35,895 bases of DNA from a virus (taxonomy: Duplodnaviria; Caudoviricetes), in the IMG/VR virus record IMGVR_UViG_3300034980_000082, positions 1-35,895 of that record. One strand, written 5' to 3'. Position 1 is the first letter of the stretch. Each line of letters starts with the position of its first letter. A program made the translations under genes and the position numbers. Positions 26,651 through 33,663 of this stretch are shown here, in pieces. Below the pieces are notes generated by a model. The model worked only from the letters and a program-made list of their open reading frames with translations, made no database searches and was not told the origin of the DNA.

Positions 26651-26839
26651 ATGGACGAATTTTGTAAAAAGTGTGGAATGCCGAGCGATCAACATATGCA
26701 TGACTGTTCTTTTCGCTCTGTGAGCGAATTAGACAAAAACCTCAAAGCAATTGATGATAGCCTCCAGCAACTCACTATTTATCTGCTAAACCTAGAACTG
26801 GACAACAATGACATCAGGAAAAGACGTAATCTTTGGTGA
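26651..26839 (+). CDS. Hypothetical small protein with C..C...H.H.C
   Basis: 62-aa ORF after an AT-rich gap containing TATAAT and TATACT; no clear SD. Confidence 0.4.
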   Translation: MDEFCKKCGMPSDQHMHDCSFRSVSELDKNLKAIDDSLQQLTIYLLNLELDNNDIRKRRNLW

Positions 26840-27176
26840 TGACGAGATTGCCGAGATTGAAACTCTGGGCGCTATGTTTTCAAAAGCGCAATTGGCCGAG
26901 CACTTTAACATTGCTCCCAGCACTTTAAACAAAGTGTTTGAGAGGCAACCTGAAGTAAATGCTGCCTATAACCGCTCTTTGAGCATGGCTAGAAGCAAGG
27001 CTATCCTAACTTGTTACCGCAAGGGCGTTGAAGATGGAGATTTTAATTCCTTAAAACTATGGCTTCAGCACAGGGCCGACTGGAGAGATCGCAAAGAAAT
27101 TACTGGACCAGACGGTGGACCAGTGGAGCTAGATACAGATACAGTGTGGACTGTTAATATTGTGGAGGGAAAATAA
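26808..27176 (+). CDS. terS: Terminase small subunit
   Basis: N-terminal HTH ([15 protein letters not shown]), [23 protein letters not shown] motif typical of small terminases. Confidence 0.75.
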   Translation: MTSGKDVIFGDDEIAEIETLGAMFSKAQLAEHFNIAPSTLNKVFERQPEVNAAYNRSLSMARSKAILTCYRKGVEDGDFNSLKLWLQHRADWRDRKEITGPDGGPVELDTDTVWTVNIVEGK

Positions 27177-27334
27177 TGCCATTGAAAAAAGGCAAGTCCA
27201 AGAAAGTTATCTCGGATAACATCAAGACAGAAATGAGTTATGGCAAACCAAAGAAACAAGCGATAGCCATTGCTATGAGTAAGGCTGGCAAAAAGAAAAA
27301 ACCTACTTCCAAGAAAAAACCAACCTACGAATAA
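27176..27334 (+). CDS. 52-aa Lys-rich protein (DUF6496-like; not in ORF track)
   Basis: [38 protein letters not shown]...; GGAGGG SD; TAATG overlap with terS. Confidence 0.8.
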   Translation: MPLKKGKSKKVISDNIKTEMSYGKPKKQAIAIAMSKAGKKKKPTSKKKPTYE

Positions 27335-27335
27335 G

Positions 27336-27364
27336 TTTGCTTTTGCAAATATCAATGATATTCT
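27336..27364 (+). promoter_or_regulatory. Putative late promoter with overlapping palindrome
   Basis: TTGCTT-N16-TATTCT with TGn extension; inverted repeat AATATCA-A-TGATATT at 27348-27362. Confidence 0.45.
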
Positions 27365-27416
27365 TTTGCATAGGACACGGCCTATTCCGTGGCGAATACC
27401 TTTTTAAGGGCGCACG

Positions 27417-28220
27417 ATGAACGACGAAGACGAGCTGCAACCAGAAGAGCTAGACACTGAGGAGGCATCCGAAGAGCTAGAAACTTCTGAAGGTCTTGAA
27501 GAAGACTCCGATTCAGCACCGGAAGATGATCAAGAAGCATTTAGCCCGCTACAGCAGGCGAGGTTTAACGCTGCAATTGGCAAGAAGGTTCGTCAAACAC
27601 GCGATCAGGAAAGACGCGCAGATGACCTGGAACGCCAGTTACAAGAAATTAAATCACAACTGCCTAAGCAAGAGCGGCCTCATGTCCCGCCAGCGCCGGA
27701 CCCATTCAGTATTTCTGATGAGGAATACCGAAGAACTCTAGCGCAGAGGGATGAGGCTGTTAAAGCGGCTGTAAATTTTGATAATCAACGCCAAGCGCAA
27801 TTGCAAGCCCAACAACGGTTGCAAGAGCAACAGGCGCAAGAGCAACACGCTGCGCAGAACGAGAAGATTCTTGAATACAGCAAGCGAGCATCAAAGCTCG
27901 GCATAAAAGCCGAGGAGTTGCAAATTGCTGGGAACTCGTTGGCAAATTATGGAATTGATGAAAGTCTAGGCCAATTCATTTTAGAAGACGCACAAGGCCC
28001 ATTGATTACAACTTATTTGGCAGCTAATCCGCAAGAATTGGATGAGCTTAGATCAATGTCTCCAGCGAAAGCAGCGGCAATGGTTGAATCTCAAATTAGA
28101 AACAAAGCTGTTGCTGCTCGACCTAAAAAGGTAACCGACACTCCTGATCCATTGGAGCGTCCTCGCGGTGCTGGAAAGCCACCTAAAGGAAGGGGGCCAC
28201 AAGGCGCTACATTTGAGTAG
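27417..28220 (+). CDS. Scaffolding protein
   Basis: Acidic N-terminus, coiled coil, P.P.PF, GPLITTYLAANPQEL, Pro/basic C-terminus; directly before the coat gene. Confidence 0.8.
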   Translation: MNDEDELQPEELDTEEASEELETSEGLEEDSDSAPEDDQEAFSPLQQARFNAAIGKKVRQTRDQERRADDLERQLQEIKSQLPKQERPHVPPAPDPFSISDEEYRRTLAQRDEAVKAAVNFDNQRQAQLQAQQRLQEQQAQEQHAAQNEKILEYSKRASKLGIKAEELQIAGNSLANYGIDESLGQFILEDAQGPLITTYLAANPQELDELRSMSPAKAAAMVESQIRNKAVAARPKKVTDTPDPLERPRGAGKPPKGRGPQGATFE

Positions 28221-28223
28221 ATA

Positions 28224-28272
28224 AGCCATTAGTGCCTATTCTGCTCTTGAATAGGAAAAATTCACAATGGCT
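28224..28272 (+). promoter_or_regulatory. RNA stem-loop occluding the coat SD and start codon
   Basis: AGCCATT[A]GTG pairs with CACAATGGCT; CCTATTC pairs with GAATAGG. Confidence 0.6.
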
Positions 28273-29529
28273 AATAATCTAAGTAGTAACATTACACGGC
28301 CTCTGGCAAAAATCTTTCTAGAGGCATTTGAATCCAGCCGAGTAGTCACCAAGACTGTTAACACTCAACTGCTATCGGGTAGGTTCAACCCATCTACAGG
28401 TTCCAACGTAGACTTCAAACGTCCACACGACTACAACACTATCCGCACCGCTGGTGGTGACATTTCCGCATCAACTAAATCTGACATCATCGCTGGTAAA
28501 GCGACTGGTACAGTTCAGGATTATTTTACTGCGGCTACCGAGTGGAGCAACATTCAGCAGGCTTTGGAGCTTGACCAGTTAGATCAAATCCTAGAGCCAA
28601 TGGCTCGAAGACTTGTAACTGATCTTGAGCTAGACCTTGGTTTATTCATGCGTAAAAACACTGGTCTAAACTATGGCGCACGGGACACTGCCGTTGACGC
28701 TTGGTCTGATGTTGCTGGTGCAGGCGCAATGATGGACGCTGTCGGCGTTCCGATGAGCGACAACAAGTACTACCTGATGAACCCATTCACAACTACTTCT
28801 CTGGCTTCGGCTCAGAATGGTTTGAATGCGTCTGATGGGCTTGTCCGTACAGCGTGGGAAAAAGCACAAATCTCTAGCAACTTCGGTGGCATGAGAGCTT
28901 TGACCTCCAACGCACTATCCAGCTATACGTCAGGTTCTACCACTGACCGAGCGGGTACTTTGGACGGCGCTCCTGATGCAACCTACGTCACTGCGAAGGA
29001 CACTATGCAGCAGACTTTGGTGATTGATGCTTTAGGAACCGGGACGATTGTAGCTGGTGATCAAATTCAGATTGCTGGTGTTAATCGTTTGAATATCGCT
29101 ACCCGACAAGTGATGCTTGATGCTGCGGGTGCTGCGGTTCCGTGGACCGGAACAGTGCTTTCAACAGTAACGATTGCTGCCAACGCTGCAACTATTGTTG
29201 TCTCTGGCGCTGCGATCTATGAGGCTAACGGTCAGTACAACACTGTTGATGCGGCTCCTGCCGATGGCGCTGTTGTGACTATTCTTGGTACGGCTGCAAC
29301 TGTTTACCAGCCTAACTTGTTCTACACAGAGCAGGCGTTTGGTCTTGGCACAGTGAAGCTACCTAAACTGTACTCAACTGATACTGTTGCGACTACTAGT
29401 GATGGTATGTCTATCCGAGTATCTAAGTACTCAGATGGTGACTCTAATACACAGAAGATTCGTTTTGACCTTCTTCCGGCGTATGCGGTCTTCAATCCTA
29501 ACTTTGCGGGTCAAGGTTACGGAGTATAA
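28267..29529 (+). CDS. Major capsid protein, P22 coat (gp5) family
   Basis: 420 aa; MANNL..., FKRPHDY, insertion domain GDQIQIAGVN, RFDLLPAYAVFNP end. Confidence 0.92.
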   Translation: MANNLSSNITRPLAKIFLEAFESSRVVTKTVNTQLLSGRFNPSTGSNVDFKRPHDYNTIRTAGGDISASTKSDIIAGKATGTVQDYFTAATEWSNIQQALELDQLDQILEPMARRLVTDLELDLGLFMRKNTGLNYGARDTAVDAWSDVAGAGAMMDAVGVPMSDNKYYLMNPFTTTSLASAQNGLNASDGLVRTAWEKAQISSNFGGMRALTSNALSSYTSGSTTDRAGTLDGAPDATYVTAKDTMQQTLVIDALGTGTIVAGDQIQIAGVNRLNIATRQVMLDAAGAAVPWTGTVLSTVTIAANAATIVVSGAAIYEANGQYNTVDAAPADGAVVTILGTAATVYQPNLFYTEQAFGLGTVKLPKLYSTDTVATTSDGMSIRVSKYSDGDSNTQKIRFDLLPAYAVFNPNFAGQGYGV

Positions 29530-29552
29530 AGCCTTTATAAGTTAACTGGCTC

Positions 29553-29591
29553 ATAGGCGCGGTTTTTAAAACAGGCCGCGCCTATTTTTTT
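29553..29591 (+). terminator. Rho-independent terminator after the coat gene
   Basis: ATAGGCGCGG...CCGCGCCTAT stem followed by a T run. Confidence 0.9.
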
Positions 29592-29611
29592 AAACTTAGG
29601 AGAATAGTGCT

Positions 29612-29857
29612 ATGCCACTGGTCGCAGGTTTTCAGTTTGATTATTCGGACGCTGGAGTTGATAAAGCGCAAAAGCTAAGAAGGTTAGAGCGAGAAGTTAG
29701 AAATGCTGATGATGAACTATTTAGAATTGCGGGAAAGGAAGGGAAAAACTTTGCCGAAGAAGAGAAGAGAATAAAGGCTAAAAAAGCCAAACTAAAGGCG
29801 CAGATGAACGCACTGACTAAGGGAATGAAACGCAAGCCGAAAGCCGAGTATGCTTAA
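29612..29857 (+). CDS. Hypothetical basic coiled-coil protein
   Basis: 81 aa; AGGAG SD; TAATG overlap with the next gene. Confidence 0.7.
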   Translation: MPLVAGFQFDYSDAGVDKAQKLRRLEREVRNADDELFRIAGKEGKNFAEEEKRIKAKKAKLKAQMNALTKGMKRKPKAEYA

Positions 29858-30336
29858 TGGCTACTGTGGCACAGGTTGCTAAGGCATCATTGCAGCGTAT
29901 TTTGGTACAGGCAACAGAGTCTCCACTTGAGCCTGCTGAGTACCAAGACTACATATTTGCACTAAACAATTACATGACCCAGCTAGACGCTCAAGGCGTA
30001 CAGCTTGGCTATACCGAGGTTGCTGATCTTGGTGATTCGGTTACGGTTCCCGCTGGCGCATTGCGCGGGATCATAGCTAACATGGCTATTGAGGTATCGC
30101 CAGATTATGGCGGCGTTATCTCTCCAGGACTAATCGCTGCTGCGCGAGAAGGGCTACATACGATGCGAACTATCGGGCAGACAATGGGGATTAGCCATAA
30201 TCCCAGTACGTTACCCGTTGGGTCAGGCAACCAAGGCCAAACGTATGGTACATCTGGTTATTTTTACGCGGATCAAGAGGCTGAAATACTTGCCGAAACC
30301 ACTGGAGCAATTGGCCTGGAGACTAGCACAGCATGA
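29857..30336 (+). CDS. Head-to-tail adaptor, P22 gp4-like
   Basis: LNNYM..L...GVQLGY, NMAIEVSPDYG, PSTLPVGSGN motifs. Confidence 0.85.
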   Translation: MATVAQVAKASLQRILVQATESPLEPAEYQDYIFALNNYMTQLDAQGVQLGYTEVADLGDSVTVPAGALRGIIANMAIEVSPDYGGVISPGLIAAAREGLHTMRTIGQTMGISHNPSTLPVGSGNQGQTYGTSGYFYADQEAEILAETTGAIGLETSTA

Positions 30337-31184
30337 CAACTACACGCGCACAAGGCAGGAAGATAAGTCAGTTCGTAGCCAAGACAACTATCGCTGGCTC
30401 GAATAGCTACCTCAATTACATTATTGACAATACCAACTACCGAATTTCTTACACTGATTTTATTGGCGGTCTGGGCGTTACTGGCACTATTGTTCAGGCT
30501 GGAGCCGTAACCGCTGCCCCTATTCTTGATACTCAGGCAACGGTCAATAACATTAGGGGCATTGAGAATGGGTCTGGAATACAGGCTAATGTTTCTGCCT
30601 CTGACGGCGTAGAGATTAAGCACAATTTTACAGTAGACTCTACAGGCTCACCGTTAATGCTAAACACAACGGCGGTTAGCCCAACATTTGTAAGCTTGGT
30701 AGCTGGGAGCGGAATTACTCTAGCTGCGGTTGGTAACACTGTAGAAATCTCTGCAAATGATGACTTGGCCTATACTGAAAGCTCACTTCAGGCTAACGCA
30801 ACGGCTACGGTAATCGGTGCAACTGCCACGCCTGTTCTTATTGCTGGGACATGGGTTCTTGGCGTAAATACTGGCTTTACGCAAACAACGGGCGGGAGGC
30901 TTACTTATAACGGCACTGCCACTGCAGTAATGACTATACACGCCTCAATAACGCTAGACCCAGTTTCTGCTGCAAGCCAAAACCTTTCGGTGTATGTGGC
31001 TAAGAATGGTGTAGTGATTGATGCTACTAGAATCTCATCCTTTATCTCTACTGGATTGGCTCAGAATTTATCCTTATCGACCAACCAATCATTTGCTACA
31101 AATGACTATGTAGAGCTTTTTGTGAGGAATGCGACCAGCACTGACAACATTACAGTCAGCAGCGCACTATTTGGTATTGATTAA
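30333..31184 (+). CDS. Virion appendage protein with C1q/BclA-like C-terminal domain
   Basis: RKISQF N-terminus; LVAGSGITL...NTVEIS; GRLTYNG...VYVAKNG...ATNDYVELFV. Confidence 0.5.
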   Translation: MTTTRAQGRKISQFVAKTTIAGSNSYLNYIIDNTNYRISYTDFIGGLGVTGTIVQAGAVTAAPILDTQATVNNIRGIENGSGIQANVSASDGVEIKHNFTVDSTGSPLMLNTTAVSPTFVSLVAGSGITLAAVGNTVEISANDDLAYTESSLQANATATVIGATATPVLIAGTWVLGVNTGFTQTTGGRLTYNGTATAVMTIHASITLDPVSAASQNLSVYVAKNGVVIDATRISSFISTGLAQNLSLSTNQSFATNDYVELFVRNATSTDNITVSSALFGID

Positions 31185-32612
31185 ATGCCCGCTACTGTCC
31201 TGCCAATAGCCAACGGGTTCTATGTCAGTGACTCACTGCCTCTGTCTGCTCAAGAGTGTACGAACTGGTATCCCAATATTGTTCAGGGGGTAGGCTTAAA
31301 CCAAGAGACTTTGTTCGGCACAGAAGGCACGACACAGCTTGCTACTACGGGCGTGCTCGATGAAATTAATCGTGGCGCACATGAGATGGCCGGGGTTCCG
31401 TACTTTGTAAACGGTACTCAGCTCTATAGCATGAGCGATGCCTTTGTTCTAACAACGATAGGCACGATTGCTGGAACTGCAAGAGTCTCGATGGCTGATA
31501 ATGGAACTCAGCTTATGGTGTTGGTTCCTGGCGGTAACGGATACATCTACAACCATGTCACTGATGTCTTTGCTCAGATTACTGATGTAGATTTTACGGC
31601 TAATGGAGCGCCCCAGTTTGTTGTTTTTATTGACGGCTACTTCCTAGTTACAACGGACACTAAAAAATTCATAGTCAGCGCGATTAACAACGGGCTGGCC
31701 TATAACGCCTTAGACTTTGGTACAGCCGAGTCTGACCCTGATGACATAGTTGCCCCAGTAGTCTTTAAGAATCAGCTCTTTATTTCGGGCAGTGAGACAT
31801 TTGAGGCATTCCAGAACATAGGCGGTGCTGACTTTCCCTTTCAAAGAACTGGGCTGTTCTTACAAAAGGGCTGCTTTTCTCCGTATTCACTGATTAACGC
31901 ACAGGATACTTTTATGTGGGTCGGTGGAGGACAGAATGAATCACCAGCAATCTGGGGATTAAGCGGCAACAACACAGTTAAAATATCGACTACGGCTATT
32001 GACTCTATTTTAGGAAGATTGACAGAGACACAGGTCGCTGCCATTTACTCTTGGGTCTATTCGACTAACGGGGCTGGATTTATAGGTTTCTCTCTGCCAT
32101 CGACCACGCTGGTCTATGATACGACATCACAACGGTGGCATGAGCGCAAGTCATTGATTTCAGGTTCTCTAGGAGCCTCAAGGATCGCGTCTGTTGTAAA
32201 GGCGTACAATCGCATCCTTTGTGGCGATATTATTGACGGCAGGATTGGTGAGCTTGATCCTGATGTCTATACCGAATACGGCAATACCATATCAAGAACG
32301 ATTGCTACACAGCCCTTTCAGAACACTATGTTACCCGCATTCTTTCCAAGCCTTGAGCTAACGGTTGAGTCTGGGGTTGGCAATGCGGCAGTTGAAGACC
32401 CGCAAATCGTTTTAGAGCGCAGCCTAGACGGTAAGACATGGACGGGCGCAATCGCCAGAGGGCTAGGCAAGGCTGGAGAGTACAACCGTAGAGCTATATG
32501 GCGCAGGAACGGACGGGCGGCTAGGTTTGAGGTGTTTAGGTTTACCCTTACCGATGCGGTTAAGCCAGTAATTATTCAACTTACAGCTAATATTATTGGC
32601 GGTGAGGGGTGA
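31185..32612 (+). CDS. Tail hub / packaged-DNA stabilisation protein, P22 gp10-like
   Basis: 475 aa; VSMADNG, IDGYF, TAESDPD, GEYNRRAIWRRNG. Confidence 0.9.
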   Translation: MPATVLPIANGFYVSDSLPLSAQECTNWYPNIVQGVGLNQETLFGTEGTTQLATTGVLDEINRGAHEMAGVPYFVNGTQLYSMSDAFVLTTIGTIAGTARVSMADNGTQLMVLVPGGNGYIYNHVTDVFAQITDVDFTANGAPQFVVFIDGYFLVTTDTKKFIVSAINNGLAYNALDFGTAESDPDDIVAPVVFKNQLFISGSETFEAFQNIGGADFPFQRTGLFLQKGCFSPYSLINAQDTFMWVGGGQNESPAIWGLSGNNTVKISTTAIDSILGRLTETQVAAIYSWVYSTNGAGFIGFSLPSTTLVYDTTSQRWHERKSLISGSLGASRIASVVKAYNRILCGDIIDGRIGELDPDVYTEYGNTISRTIATQPFQNTMLPAFFPSLELTVESGVGNAAVEDPQIVLERSLDGKTWTGAIARGLGKAGEYNRRAIWRRNGRAARFEVFRFTLTDAVKPVIIQLTANIIGGEG

Positions 32613-32863
32613 GCGGGCCAAGGCTTAATGTGGCCCAGCCTATCGTCCGAGAGGACGGGACAATGGCTAACCCGTTTAGACAGTTTACTCAGGACGCAAG
32701 CCTATCAATTCCCATTGTAGGGTCGGGCAGTCCAGAGGGCGTAATCGAAGCGGCACAGTACAGTTTATATTTAAATACTAGCGGTGGCGCTTCTGCCATA
32801 CAGTATCGAAAAATGCAGCCTGAAATTGGCGGTGACCGAAAACAGGGCTGGGTTTTAGTCTAG
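32609..32863 (+). CDS. Small tail protein in the gp26 (needle/plug) position
   Basis: 84 aa; GSGSPEGVIEA...SLYL..SGG....Y.K......GW motif of fibre knobs. Confidence 0.55.
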   Translation: MSGPRLNVAQPIVREDGTMANPFRQFTQDASLSIPIVGSGSPEGVIEAAQYSLYLNTSGGASAIQYRKMQPEIGGDRKQGWVLV

Positions 32864-32872
32864 GAGAATATT

Positions 32873-33661
32873 ATGTCAGTAGAAGCAGCAGCGGCAGCAG
32901 CAGCAGGAGGGGCAAGTCTTGCGGGAAGCATTCTTGACTACAAATCAAATAAAAAATTATCTAAGGACTTGCAAGAGCAGGCTGATGAGAAGGCAGCGTT
33001 AATTGCAAAATATGGCGGGCGCAGTGTTGATGCTTTGACTCCTGGCTATCAAAACGCTCAAAATATTAGAGGCCAAGTTATTAATAGGAATTTAGGCTTA
33101 ACTGGGGAAACATTTAAGCCCATGCTGGACGCTACGCAAGCGGGTGACTATATGGCGCAACAGGCTATTATGGCGGGCCTGCAGGGTCAGCGTAATGCTA
33201 TTTTGGGTGATCCAATAGACTATAGCGCCCTTTCTCCGCAGAACGTCCCTATTGATTACTCGGCGCTTACGGGCTTAACAAATCCAGCCCAAATTGATTT
33301 TGTTCAAATGCAGGCTCCGCAGTTTGGCGATACAACAAACACTCAGGCACAGCAAAGCTGGACCTCTGGAGAAGCTGCACAATACTTGGCAAACTATCCA
33401 GACTTGACGCAATGGTACGAAGCAAACAAAGAACAGCTAATCAAAGATTCTGGCAACCCCATATTCAACAGCCTTGAGGGGTATGCAAAATATCACTGGG
33501 ATAATTTTGGCAAGGCAGAGGGAAGAACTTTTGCCCCGCTAGATTCTGTTAGTGAAACTGTTTCTGTGACCGAAACAACAGGCGGCACAAAGCAGCCTGC
33601 TACTTTTACTTCTGAGCAAGTAAAGGCGGCGATAAGCAATGACTTTTCTGGAGGAATGTAG
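32873..33661 (+). CDS. Putative ejection/pilot protein with a YLA.YPD...HW...G..EGR module
   Basis: Ala/Gly-rich N-terminus typical of pilot proteins; AGGAG SD; position before the gp7-like gene. Confidence 0.6.
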   Translation: MSVEAAAAAAAGGASLAGSILDYKSNKKLSKDLQEQADEKAALIAKYGGRSVDALTPGYQNAQNIRGQVINRNLGLTGETFKPMLDATQAGDYMAQQAIMAGLQGQRNAILGDPIDYSALSPQNVPIDYSALTGLTNPAQIDFVQMQAPQFGDTTNTQAQQSWTSGEAAQYLANYPDLTQWYEANKEQLIKDSGNPIFNSLEGYAKYHWDNFGKAEGRTFAPLDSVSETVSVTETTGGTKQPATFTSEQVKAAISNDFSGGM

Positions 33662-33663
33662 CA

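Noticed and set aside
27348-27362. Fur box or IHF site
   Set aside because: Half-sites do not match TGATAAT-N-ATTATCA, and the WATCAA-N4-TTR pattern is not met
27370-27391. H-type pseudoknot in the scaffold leader
   Set aside because: The loop crossing stem 1 would be a single nucleotide, which is sterically implausible; treated as alternative hairpins
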